The notes under the pieces were generated by a model that saw only the letters and a list, made by a program, of their open reading frames with translations, made no database searches and was not told the DNA's origin. A program made the position numbers and the translations under genes. Shown here one piece after another: positions 11,967 through 24,730 of a stretch of DNA of 64,000 bases; position 1 is the first letter of the stretch; each line of letters opens with the position of its first letter. This DNA comes from Octopus bimaculoides (lineage: Eukaryota). Location: contig NC_068981.1 in assembly GCF_001194135.2 (NCBI RefSeq), positions 139,499,705-139,563,704 on the forward strand, read 5' to 3'.

Positions 11967-12134
11967 TATGTGCATTCCATACAATAAGGTTATCGCGAAA
12001 TAGGAGTTGTGGTTCTATTGGAAAAATCCCAAATTTGTAATAATATTGTAAACGATAGTTTACATTGCATTAGTAAAGTGTAAACTAGTAAATGTCCTGA
12101 TAACCTGGAATACTTATTATTCCTTAAGATTTTA

Positions 12135-12136
<2 letters not shown>

Positions 12137-12204
<68 letters not shown>
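12137..12204. repeat. (CA)n microsatellite running into an assembly gap
   Basis: Direct sequence; N run 12205-12642. Confidence 0.97.
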
Positions 12205-12649
12205 NNNNNNNNNNNNNNNNNNNNNNNNNNNNNNNNNNNNNNNNNNNNNNNNNNNNNNNNNNNNNNNNNNNNNNNNNNNNNNNNNNNNNNNNNNNNNNNN
12301 NNNNNNNNNNNNNNNNNNNNNNNNNNNNNNNNNNNNNNNNNNNNNNNNNNNNNNNNNNNNNNNNNNNNNNNNNNNNNNNNNNNNNNNNNNNNNNNNNNNN
12401 NNNNNNNNNNNNNNNNNNNNNNNNNNNNNNNNNNNNNNNNNNNNNNNNNNNNNNNNNNNNNNNNNNNNNNNNNNNNNNNNNNNNNNNNNNNNNNNNNNNN
12501 NNNNNNNNNNNNNNNNNNNNNNNNNNNNNNNNNNNNNNNNNNNNNNNNNNNNNNNNNNNNNNNNNNNNNNNNNNNNNNNNNNNNNNNNNNNNNNNNNNNN
12601 NNNNNNNNNNNNNNNNNNNNNNNNNNNNNNNNNNNNNNNNNNAAAAAAA

Positions 12650-12702
<53 letters not shown>

Positions 12703-15700
12703 ATATATATATATCTATATTTGTATATATCTACATACACACATATATATACGTTTGTGTACGTTCATGTTTGTATTTGGATGTCTCATATTTTATCGCT
12801 AGTGTTGGTTTGTTTATGTTCCTGTATTTTAGCTGTCCCGGATAAAGAAACCAATAGAGTAGGCACTAAATTTGGAAAGGTATGAATAAATACGTAAATA
12901 ACAAAAAATAAAAGTTAATGAAATGATAAAATAAAGTACTGGGTTCGATTTTCTCGTTGTGATCAAGGCATTCCAACCGTGCTCATCCCGTCGTTTTCAG
13001 ATGTCAAGCTAATATTGATGAAAATTTGTTTGCCATTTCTAGCGGATTAGGCTACAATTTGGCACCTTCCTGGCTGGTTCGATATATCATCTACATAGTA
13101 GTGTGCTCTGTTCAGTCATTTGGAGACTTCCTTAACAAATATATGTCAGGAAGACGTGAGTGTTGTTTAAACATAAAAATTGCTTTCCATCTAACTAGTT
13201 ACTACGTTAGCATTACTTAGCCTTGGGACTTCAATCCTTATGGAGTTGTAGAAGCAACAACGTGAGTTTATAACTGGTGGAGTTGATCCTTTTCCAGGAG
13301 TGACCGAAGAACTTACCTTGTACTCTTGTACTAGTACTTTATTTGTCGACCTCAAATGAAGAGTCTGCTCAATATTAGTTGTCTATCTGTGGACTCAAGA
13401 CAATGCGAAGCAAAGTTGACTTCGGTGTGATTAGAACCAAGACTGTGCAGAGAGTCAGAACGAGAGGCCTTTCATATACCCTAATGACTATGCCAACTGA
13501 TTGCTTTACCAAACCTTATGCAAATACAAAAAAAAAATATCATTTAATTTTTTCATAACAGAAATGATGAGAAACAATGTCTTCTAATATTTAGTTTCGT
13601 ATCTCTACCGTCAGTATTCAAATCAGGTAGAAAATAACTCTAGACTTTTATCTCTTAGAGATCAATAAAATACATACCAGTTATTCAATGTGGATATTTC
13701 AATCATCTACAGCTGTATCTCATTCACTTGTGTCAATACAAGAAGTCATTATTTGGTATTGTTTAAAACATATATACTGCCGTGATTTTTCATTGTTAAT
13801 GTAGCCCTAAACAGAACATTTGATCTGTTTTCGGCCTGAATAGAGATAATCCACTGCTTCAGTGTGTTAACAGACGTGATGTCTGTAGCATATCCTAATT
13901 TTCCGTTTGTGTAGCATTACAGGAAGTCTTTCTTTAGGTGATATTTTTGTTTTTCATTTTGTTTTTTTTTTTACATAATATTTTATAGAATCCTGATAAC
14001 ACTAGCAAGAGTGAATTTCCAACTTTCTATTGATTCGCTATTAATCTTCTGGCACCCTCAATCTAATCAATGCCTTTTTCTGTATCCCTGCCCAGTAGCT
14101 TTTCTTTCATTTTGTTGGATTCTTATTTTTCATAGTATTTGAAATGATCATTTTGTTTATATCGCAACCATCATCATCATCGTCGTCGTCACCACCACCA
14201 CTCCTACGACTGTCTCCACCATCAACACCACCTAATCTACCACCATGTGATTGTGGTCGTGGTGGTGCTGGTAGTGGTGGTACTGACGGTGGTGTTTGTG
14301 TTTTCTTCCTTTTCTCCTTGTCGAATCCTTACTTGTTCCTCTTTCCTTCTACTCTATATTTAGCTGACTTTGCTACTTCCATTTCCGTTCGGTCTCTATT
14401 GCTACGTGTATAACATTAAATCTAAACATCCGATTAAATTCTGCGATAAAAGTCTTAGGAACTCTAGAAAGGCGTTGACTAGCATTACAAGGAATTCATT
14501 GATCAGTGAAACCAATTCTTTAATATGGCAACGCTAATAAATTATCCTTGAGCAATACATGTAATGCACCCAATTGAGAACTATGCTGGAAACTGCTCCA
14601 ACAAAAGATGCAGTGTGATTACATTCAGCCGACGAAAGCTGTCTTGCTGAAAGCTGAGATGAAGAGAGAGAACAAGAGAGAGAGAGAGAGAGAGCGAGAG
14701 CGAGCGAGGGAGAAATTAACAGGGAAATATGCTGAGAAATAGCAAGAGAGATGGAGAGCGAGAGGCATATGAAGGAAGCGAATGAGATATATGGAAGTTA
14801 GTAACATATAGGCATACAGTGCGTATTGTAGATCATTGAAAACAATCATCTACGCTGAAGGCTATATTATTTAGCTGCATTATTTAGTTTTTCCTTGTAT
14901 TATCAGTAAACTAATTCAGTTTTAATGAAATGCTAACCTGACAATGATGTCGATACATGTTTTTCATCAGAAAGAAATAATGTGTAGTAGAAACGAAAAA
15001 AAAAAAAAATTGGTTACCCATGTATGTACTTTCAATGCTATCTTTTCGGGGATTAACATATGAGGAACAATTTCTATGGAATAAAATCTTTTGTTGTGTT
15101 GAAAATATATTTATAATAGGTGTAATATATATATATATATATAATGTTTGTGTATGTGTAATTTCAATGAAGTATTGAGTTGGTTATGAAATTTTATGTA
15201 AGTTATGGCAAATTAAAGGGGTTGAGATTTATATTGCAATATAAATATTCTGTATTTGATAGAAACGAAATATTTTGATAGTTAGTTATATTCATATATG
15301 TCCACCTCTCCATTTGAGCGTGTGGGCATATAACTGCGGTTGATACCTAAAACGTTCATTTCCGGCAAAGGTAATGCTTGTATAATTTGGAAGCGGACAA
15401 AAACAACCACAAAAGATTGAATAGATATATTCAAGTTTTTGCTAGTATTTCTCAGAGAAATAAAAATCCAGAATATTGCAATTCCTTTGTGGGTTTCGTC
15501 AGTAATAAGTAATCTAATAGAAAAAAAAATTATTTTAGAATAAATGTTTGTCACGTAGCAAAAGTAAAGGAAATCAATATTTCAGGTATAGGCTCATTTT
15601 CAAGATACAAGAAGAGAGATAATAGGAAAGAAAAATAGGGTAATCTCCCTATCGCTATCAGAGAATCATGTTAGTAATGTGTGACGAAATTGTATAGCAG

Positions 15701-16239
15701 GGTATGTATTTTTGGGGTAAGGGGGGGGGGGCAGAATAACAAGTAGAAATGGAGATCGTGTGAAAATAGAAAAAAAAAAGAATAAGAATGAACACCAGAA
15801 GAATCAGTATTTATGTTGGTCAGTGTGTACATTGTGTGTATGTGTACACACACTGTTTAAACGTTTAGAAAGGTGTGGTTTTGCGTGCGGCTGTACACAG
15901 AACGGTGGTGGACAATAAGAGATGGGAAGAAAATAGAAAGTAATAACACACTGTTGGTTCCAGAATGAGCAAACGACGATCGCGAATCGGTAACTTCTTC
16001 GTGATTGATGGCGGAGTTGTTGTCAGTTGTTGATAGAGTTAGTCGTCATTGTTGTCTCTTAAGCGGGTCTGCTTTTGTAGACACATAAATCTTGCGCGCT
16101 TCAGGCTTTCTAAGACGGTAGGGTGTCATTTAAAGAGATTTTGTCGTATTTTGAGTGATTAGTTGTGAATGTTTTTGTTGTTATTGGTGATAGCAGACAA
16201 CTGAGTTATAGTTTATACCTATGGTAAGGGTGGGGGTGG

Positions 16240-16491
16240 GGGTGGGGCAGAGAGAACAGGCGTTTTTGAAATGGCTATAATTCAGCCCCAGGGGAGGGAC
16301 CTATGCCCGACAGGTACCATTCGGTCCGTGGTGTCTTAGCATTTTATTTATGTTTTGAGGCGAAGCTATGGCGCTGTGGAAGATAGAGCATGGCGTGTTT
16401 GCCTACGACAGTTACGTAAAGAATAATGAGTCTGTCACAACAGCTCAGCGTGAGTTTCGGTGCCACTTCAACGTTCATCGAAATTAGGCTG
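16240..16491 (+). mobile_element. 5' fragment of the Tc1/mariner element also present at 48719-49965
   Basis: ggggcagagagaacaggcgtttttgaaa and gtttgcctacgacagttacgtaaagaataa...cagcgtgagtttcggtgccacttcaac match the 48.7-48.97 kb copy. Confidence 0.88.
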
Positions 16492-16609
16492 ATCCAAAAC
16501 TTAATGACCGATTTCTTCATCCAGGGCCGAGCCCATAACGTCTAATGTGGTTATAAGCAAACTCCAAATCGAGCTGATGTTCAGGTAGTAATATATTATA
16601 TATCATAAG

Positions 16610-17000
16610 CTCAGGCGTGTCTGTATAGTAGGAAATTTGCTTCCCTACCAGCACACTGTGGTACCTTGGGCGAGTGTTACCTATCATCGCCCCAAGCTGT
16701 TCAAAATTTTGTGTGAATTTGGTAGACAGGAATTAGAAAAAGCTTGTCGTACATATAGGTATGTACTTATGTGTGATTGTGTGTGAGAGAGAATCTTTCT
16801 GTTTGTCTCTACAACACCGCTAAATAACCGGTCTCTCTTTGTTTACATCTCCATAAACTAGCGGTTCGGCATAATAGACCGATGGAATAAGTTTCAGGCT
16901 CAAAAAAAGCTACTGGGATCCGTTGGTTCGACTAAAACCATTTAAGGCGACGTTCCAGCATTACAGCAATCTAATTATTGAAGCAGGTAAATGGTAAAAA
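16610..17000 (+). mobile_element. SINE family A, diverged copy (a further head fragment at about 17020-17150)
   Basis: ggtaccttgggcgagtg core, gtgaatttggtagac, and tail actagcggttcggc...gaccgatggaataag. Confidence 0.7.
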
Positions 17001-17148
17001 ATTTATAATACTGTCATGACTATGTGGTGAGAAGCTTACTTCTCAATCACATGGTTTATGATTCAGCCACACCATAAGGCACCTTGGACAAGTGCCTTCT
17101 ACTTTAATCTTGAGTCGACTGAAGTCTTATAAATGGATCTGGTAGATT

Positions 17149-17196
<48 letters not shown>

Positions 17197-17678
17197 NNNN
17201 NNNNNNNNNNNNNNNNNNNNNNNNNNNNNNNNNNNNNNNNNNNNNNNNNNNNNNNNNNNNNNNNNNNNNNNNNNNNNNNNNNNNNNNNNNNNNNNNNNNN
17301 NNNNNNNNNNNNNNNNNNNNNNNNNNNNNNNNNNNNNNNNNNNNNNNNNNNNNNNNNNNNNNNNNNNNNNNNNNNNNNNNNNNNNNNNNNNNNNNNNNNN
17401 NNNNNNNNNNNNNNNNNNNNNNNNNNNNNNNNNNNNNNNNNNNNNNNNNNNNNNNNNNNNNNNNNNNNNNNNNNNNNNNNNNNNNNNNNNNNNNNNNNNN
17501 NNNNNNNNNNNNNNNNNNNNNNNNNNNNNNNNNNNNNNNNNNNNNNNNNNNNNNNNNNNNNNNNNNNNNNNNNNNNNNNNNNNNNNNNNNNNNNNNNNNN
17601 NNNNNNNNNNNNNNNNNNNNNNNNNNNNNNNNNNNNNNNNNNNNNNNNNNNNNNNNNNNNNNNNNNNNNNNNNNNNNN

Positions 17679-18215
17679 CACTCCACCTCGCCCCCACCCT
17701 CACATTCCACACCCACACTATCTCACCCCACCCTTACTTCCCCCACCCTTGCTTCCCCCACTCTACCTTCCTCATACCCCAACACCATCACACCACACAC
17801 CACCATACCACACCACACCAACCCACACACACGAGGACTGACCACTTCGCAGCACCCACACCATCATCCACACACCCACACATGCATACACACACGTCAA
17901 GGTCACCAACCCCCATCCACATGCACATAAACGCTCTCATACAAACGCACGCGCACTTTCGTTTTGGGATCACCTCTACTTTATTATCTCCCCTTCTTCC
18001 TTGCTCCCTTGTCTGACCCCTCTGTCCGGCAGTCGCCATAATACATCGCTAGCCACTAAACCTTTTTATTTTCTCTCTGTTTGTTTCTGTTTCTCTTTCT
18101 GTTGAAGAGCTTAGGCTCGAAACGTTAAAGACTTTCTTACTTACCGAGCGTTAAACTAATACATCTGTTTGTTGTTTACACACCCGTCTTCGTCTTTTGT
18201 TTTTTCTCAAATTTT
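17679..18215 (+). mobile_element. Probable PLE-derived repeat end carrying a minimal HHR-like motif (18094-18131)
   Basis: tcttt-CTGTTGA-a-gagc/ttag/gctc-GAAA-cgtt-aaaga follows C/A-rich low-complexity DNA and ends in (TA)n. Confidence 0.5.
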
Positions 18216-18220
18216 CACTG

Positions 18221-18273
<53 letters not shown>

Positions 18274-18284
18274 TTACTCCATCA

Positions 18285-18655
18285 CTCTTATTTATTTCAG
18301 TCATTTGACTGTGGCCGTGCTGGAGCACCGCCTTTAGTCGAACAAATCGATCCCAGTACTTATTCTTTGTAAGCCTAGTACTTATTCCATTGGCCCCTTT
18401 TTGCCGAACTGCTTCGTTACGGGGACATAAACACACCAACATCGGTTGTTAAGCGATGGTTGGCGGACAAACACACACACACACACACACACACAAATAT
18501 ACGACGAGCTTCTTTCAGTTTCCATCTACCAAATCCACTGTCAAGGCCTTAGTCAGTCCGAGGTTATAGTAGAAGACAGTTGCCCAAGCTGCCACGCATT
18601 GGCAACTGAACCCGGAACCATGTGGTTGATGAGCAAACTACTTACCACACACGCA
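18285..18655 (-). mobile_element. SINE family A, near full length
   Basis: Reverse complement contains ggttccgggttcagttgcc, cttgggcaactgtcttctacta, an internal (TG)n, and the tail ggcggtgctccagcacggccacagtcaaatgactgaaat. Confidence 0.85.
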
Positions 18656-20578
18656 CAATACGCACACACACATACACACACACACACATACATACACGCA
18701 CACACACACATATATATGGATCTTAATTTGTCTTGGGTAACTTTAAGCTTTTAATCTAAACTTATAAAAGTTAAAAGAAATGAATTGTCCATCCATAACT
18801 AGAAGCATCTTTAAAGTTTTAAATAAAAATTGATGCATGGCAAATATTTCCATTCATTTTGATCAGTTATCCGCATATTACTCACATGTTTTAAACGTCT
18901 GAGCTCTCTAAATCTCCTCAGGTTAAATACTATTGCATTGAAAATTAATTATAATTCTAGCATAGTAGAATTATATTTTCTGACTGAAAGTAAGAGAAAG
19001 AAGGAGAGAAGCAGAGAAGAAATAAATAGATAGATATATAGATAGATGGCGAGAGAGAGAGAGAGAGAGAGCGAGAGCGAGACAGATAAAGTGATGGACA
19101 AAGAGGGACAAAGAGAAAAGAAAATGAGGAATACAGGATGGGAGAAAGAGAGAGCGTGAAATGGAAAATGTGAGTGCTGTTTTTTCTGAATGTATCGCAG
19201 TTATCGTAGAAGTCTCATAAGCAAATGTCCATTGCCTCTTAAAATTTCAACTTTAATTGATTCCTATCTGGAAGTAATATTATCAAATTATGGCATTTGA
19301 AAAATTTTGAGAGTTATCGCTAAAGGCTTAGGATAGGTTAACATTTAGGTACACAGTATCTCTTGAGCCTTGTTGAAAATTTGTGATAATTTTCCTGAAA
19401 GCATACTATTCGGAAATACTTGCAAATGAAATGGTATGCTATGTTTTGTCGTGGAACAGGAAAATGGAGATCCCGAAAATCCCTAGGTGACAACAATAAG
19501 GCTAAACAAACTAAATGAAAAGTTTTTGCTAGAACTTGTAGCTAAAATTTAGTCATTCATCTGTTAAGAGTGGTGTATTCTTTGTAAAAATATAGTAATA
19601 AAACAGAACAGAAAATACCCTTAGGTAGCTGAAAACTAATAAAAAGAAAGACAAAATTGCAATTAACATATTACAAGGATTCCGATCATTAAATAAAACC
19701 AAAACGTAGTTACAATAACAGTGACAACAATAAATTTCATGAATCATAATTGAAAACAAAAGATAAAATCGAAGCCACAGAAAGAAAAAACGCAAACAGA
19801 AAAATTAATTCGGAAACGACACACCAAAAATAACATTAACTAAGTTCCTACAGAAATATAAAAAATAACCGTGGAGAAAGAACTCGCGCAAAAACAATCC
19901 AAAAGAAGATTTTAATGATTGTCAATTTGCAATATGAAATTTAGTTTCTTGTTTGAAATCATTGTGAGATAGTTATTGAAGCCTAAACACGAAATTAAAA
20001 CAAAATGAATGACAATCGGTTGCACAGCGATAGTATAGAAGAAATTAGTATTTTACATTGCCTGGAAGCGAAGATGCACGGACAATTAAAAGCATGGAGT
20101 GCTTATCTAAGCTTAGATTGTTTAAGAAATTTTGTTGAAGGTCGTCAGTTTTATAAATATAAAATAATTTAGTGCGTTTGCAAGGAAGAATGATACAAAA
20201 ATGGTCAGAGAATTGATTATAATCTTGTATTAACTACAGGATCATTATAAAAAAGAATAGCGTAAGTGATGAGTTATTAAGGAAGTTAATACAAAATAGC
20301 GATTTTCAGAAACAGCATTTTGAAGGAAGTACGTTTTATCAATAAATAGTTGGCTAAGTAGGAGCAAAAATAACAAATAATAATAGATCGTAATTGTGGT
20401 TTAATACATATCTGACTATGTTGTTTAAAAACAAATTACTAATTTTCAGTTTTTGGAACAACACAGGCAATATACATAATACATGTACATAAAAAGTATA
20501 CATAATACATAGGCAAGTACGTACAAAAATACATACACGGATAGCAACAGCAGCAACAATAATGATAATAACAGTCAA

Positions 20579-21486
20579 TTGCAGCGTGAAACATTTGTAA
20601 GCCATTCAGGAACACATAAAAACCGTCAGTTTCACTTCAATATTTAATTTCCATGTGTATCAAAATATTTTCGTCGCTTTGAAACCGCGACCTTATTTAC
20701 TGACAAAACTTGGTGCTGCACCTGAGAGTTAACAGTTATTTCATGATCTATATGTGTCTATGTATATCATTGTTCAGTTTCATTTCAAAATTTCTTGCCA
20801 ATAGAGAAAGAGCCGGTTTCTAACCTAGATTCAAGGCTCCTTCATTGGAGTTTCAACACCAACAACAGGGTGTGTATATACTGTAAGATTATACGTATCG
20901 TATATATGTGTGTATACGTGCTTATGTGATTGTGTGCACTTGTACATAAGTGTAGGTATGTTTATATTTGCATATATGTATCTAAGACATTGTATTTATT
21001 CACCCTTAGACGGAGGTGAAAAGAGCATATATATATAACTTTCGAAATAGTAACAGTTATATATGCAACTTGAACAGACACATATATATTAGTACATAAA
21101 AATACAGTTACATGTATATACACATATATACACACGCAGAAACGTCTACACGCATACGGAAATACTCACATACGTACATACATACATGCGTACATGCATG
21201 TATGCGCACGTACACATATACATGTATACATACAAGCATATATGCATACATACATATCATGAACTAACTGTTACTCTCCCAGGTGGAGCGCCAGGTTTTG
21301 TCAGTGGGCAGGTCGCTGTTTCAAAGGGACGAAAATATTTTGACACAAATGAAAATTGAATGTTGAAGTGAAACTAACGTTGTTTTGTGTATTCTTGAAT
21401 GACTTACAAACATCTTCCACGCTGCAAGTGCTTTTGTTTGAGCACACGATCTCATATCAATTCACTTGCTATGCAAATACATTTCC

Positions 21487-21487
<1 letters not shown>
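20579..21487. mobile_element. Fold-back element: inverted repeat pair 20579-20747 / 21256-21427 with an HHR-like motif in each arm
   Basis: The arms are reverse-complement homologues (caaaatattttcgtcgctttgaaac / gtttcaaagggacgaaaatattttg). The spacer is TG-rich then CA-rich. The right copy runs on to atttccg(TAA)n. Confidence 0.7.
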
Positions 21488-21518
<31 letters not shown>

Positions 21519-21600
21519 TTCAACTAGCAATAACCACACCTCGGATACACCTCATTGGTCATGGTAACATAATAGTGATAATGATTTAACTGAACCTTAA

Positions 21601-21648
<48 letters not shown>

Positions 21649-22271
21649 NNNNNNNNNNNNNNNNNNNNNNNNNNNNNNNNNNNNNNNNNNNNNNNNNNNN
21701 NNNNNNNNNNNNNNNNNNNNNNNNNNNNNNNNNNNNNNNNNNNNNNNNNNNNNNNNNNNNNNNNNNNNNNNNNNNNNNNNNNNNNNNNNNNNNNNNNNNN
21801 NNNNNNNNNNNNNNNNNNNNNNNNNNNNNNNNNNNNNNNNNNNNNNNNNNNNNNNNNNNNNNNNNNNNNNNNNNNNNNNNNNNNNNNNNNNNNNNNNNNN
21901 NNNNNNNNNNNNNNNNNNNNNNNNNNNNNNNNNNNNNNNNNNNNNNNNNNNNNNNNNNNNNNNNNNNNNNNNNNNNNCACACACACACACACACGTACAT
22001 GCATATATACTCTCATACGTATCCACACACACACACGCTAAAATGCATATACATCTACACATACGCACATACATATAAATATATGTACACTCATGAAACT
22101 GATATATATATATATATATTTGACAGGAAGGACAACAAAATAAAGAGACCTCGATATTATGCAAATAGAGGAATTTATCTGTAAAAATATGTGACACTTA
22201 TTCAGTAGCCATGATAAAACTCCGAGTTTCGGATGCCAGGGTGGGAGCCCATGCCAACATCTCTTCAGTTA

Positions 22272-23075
22272 TCCGGCCAATTGAAAAACAAGGGAAGTAC
22301 AAAAAGCACATGAAGAAAACATAGGTGGGATTGGATGAAGAAGGGCACACTGAAAGAGACTGGGAGTACTATACTGGCTGCACAAAACTAAGCTTTGGAC
22401 ACAAACTGAGGGGTCAACCTTAGGAATGAGCAAATGTGCCGCATTTGTAATTGTGGCTGAATCCATTGCTCATATCGCGAACGAATTCTCTGTACTTGAT
22501 CAAAACCACTACAGGTTGTGGCCACACGATGAGGTAGCGAAACTGTGAAAAGTGGGGGCTAGAGAGAGGTAAGACGTGGTATAAGCACACACTATAGAGA
22601 ATGAAAAAGTCGGAAACCTACAGAGTCCTCTTGGATTTTCCCCATCCAAACAGATTAGGTACTAGAGCATGACAGACCGGACCTAGCGTTGGTGGACAAG
22701 ATGCGCATGTGCTATATAGTTGATATTGCGTGCTTCTCTGACCCACGAATAGTTAAGAAGGAAGTCGATAGAACAGATACATACAATCCTCTTCAGCACG
22801 AAATAGCCCGGCTATGAAAAATAAAGAAAGTGAAAATAGTGCGAATTATTGTTGGGTCTTTGGGAACAGTATCAAAAGGCATCAAGATGAATATAAAGGG
22901 AATCGGAATAGAGTATCTAGTGGAGCTGTTACAAAACCTTTGCTTCCTTGGCACGCTTAGAATAATCAGGAAAGAGTTAGGTAGTTGAAAAGTACAGATA
23001 GCGTGGTACCATAGGCTGCAGGCAGCAAGGTCGCTACTCATGTAATACTCCTGGAGCTACAACAAAACTTGAGAT
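22272..23075 (+). mobile_element. RLE-type (NeSL/HERO/R4-like) non-LTR retrotransposon 3' fragment
   Basis: Degenerate translation: WDWMKKGTLKETGSTILAAQ, MCRIC..ESIAHI..HDEVA (zinc knuckle), DFPIQTD..HDRPDLALVDK..CYIVDIA (PD..D RLE), and IIVGSLG..LLQNLCFLGTLRIIRKEL ending at stop 22986-22988. Confidence 0.88.
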
Positions 23076-23090
23076 GAAAACAAAAATCCT

Positions 23091-23300
23091 CCTTTCCACT
23101 AAAGGCACAAGGCCTGAAATTTTTTGGGGGAAGGGACTAGTCAATTACATTGAACCCGGTGTTTCACTGGTACTTAATATATCGATCCCAAAAGAATGAA
23201 AGGCAAGGTCGACTTTGGCAGAACTTAAACTCAGAACGTGAAGATGGACGAAATGCCGCTAAATATTTCACTCGGTCTGCTAACGGTTCTGGCAGCTCGC

Positions 23301-23339
<39 letters not shown>

Positions 23340-23705
23340 CGAGCTGGCAGATTCTTTAGCGCGCCGGCATTTCGTCCGTCTTTACGTTCTGAGTTTAAAT
23401 CTGTCGAGTTCAACTTTGCCTTTCATACTTTCGGGATCGATAAACTAAGTTCCAATTGAACTCTGGGGTCGATGTAATCGACTAGTCCCCTCCCAAGAAA
23501 TTTGAGGCTTTGTGCCTCCAGTAGAAAGGATTATTATTATCATTAATGATAATAATAATCAATTCTACTATAGGCACAAGGCTTGGAATTTTGGTGAAAA
23601 GCTTAGTCGATTAAATTTACCGCAATGGACAGCTGGTACTTATTTCATCGATCCCTAATTGATGAACGCCCGAAGGTGACATCGCTTGAATTTGAACTCA
23701 GAAGG
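23091..23705. mobile_element. Three SINE family B copies: minus 23091-23300, plus 23337-23535, minus 23562-23705
   Basis: Each carries ggcacaaggcc...gtcgattacatcgaccc...gaaaggcaaagtcgac...tttgaactcag or its reverse complement. (ATT)n/(AAT)n spacers separate them. Confidence 0.88.
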
Positions 23706-23974
23706 TAACGAGCCCCCCTCCCAAATACTGCTAATAATAATGGGTTCTGTATTAAGCACTAAGAGGTTAAGAAAAATCGAGGACGGTGCTGGACGATAAT
23801 ATATGAAGGTGTGTAAAGAGTAAATGTAACAAAAACAAAGAAACAAGAAATTCATTGCAAAAAAATATCTCCACTTCAAAGATGGAGCGGGGGATTTCCA
23901 GAGAGTTGCTTGTGGAAACCTCACAAAACCACGGTCACCGTGTCTCCATCCTTCTTCAACTCTATCGTCCCCAT

Positions 23975-24730
23975 TTTAACACCACCACCGCTATCACAGA
24001 CACCATCACAAATGCAAACGCAACCAAATTCCCACACCCACTGACAGTCAGATCACATATTTTAACAAAAAAAAAAAAAAAAACATCTTTTATTACACAG
24101 CCATAAACACAATAATAAATCACATTCACGAAATGGTAAGCTTCACGCTACAGGTGAATGTTCAGAGCAGACCCGTTCACCCAGCCTATGCCTGACACTC
24201 TCACTCAGTGTTCAACAAATCTGTTGGGAGCAGAACTTCCCTCACTGCCTCATTTTCCACTTTAAGTGAAATTCGAAAAAAGTTGATGAGACCTTGATGA
24301 TAGAAGAGTGTGTCCTTCACTTAACCTCTCCCGATATGAAAAAAAGTAAGAAGAAACACTTTATTTCTGTGGAGGGATAGGCATTCTGTCCTTCCTGCTA
24401 TTTGCGGGTATTTCTACAGGTGTTTCTTTAGAGAGTTTCTAATTTATAGTCCCTCTGAAGTCTCCTACTTCTTGAGTGTGTTTATCTTTTGGAATGATCT
24501 AAGTCTGTTATAATATTTGAATGACTTTTATGTGTAGTAGAATGCTATTTGTTATTGTAATGTGGTTGTGCGTGATGCTTATAGATAAATTTGTGTATGA
24601 AATTTATTTTTGTGTTTATGGCTGTGTAATAAAAGATTTCTCTTTTTTCTTGTTCGAACTGACTATTGATATGTGAATTTGGTTGTGCTTGTACTTGTGA
24701 TGGTGTCTGTGATAACGGTGGTGGTGATAG
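23975..24730 (+). mobile_element. Fold-back element, possibly PLE-derived (IR 23975-24120 / 24600-24730)
   Basis: caccaccaccgctatcacagacaccatcaca...cttttattacacagccataaacaca mirrors tgtgtttatggctgtgtaataaaag...tgtgatggtgtctgtgataacggtggtggtg. An inner degenerate peptide ETLMIEE..(fs)PSLN near 24288-24326 resembles a GIY-YIG C-terminus. Confidence 0.5.

Noticed and set aside
14144-14413. Pro/Gly/Ser-rich ORF as a host exon
   Set aside because: Degenerate trinucleotide low complexity; the opposite-strand frame has an upstream stop and no acceptor.
20770-20870. Further HHR on the minus strand (ccaatgaag...gaaaccggc)
   Set aside because: It lacks a CUGANGA-like core and the A15.1-U16.1 pair; it is probably a different repeat.
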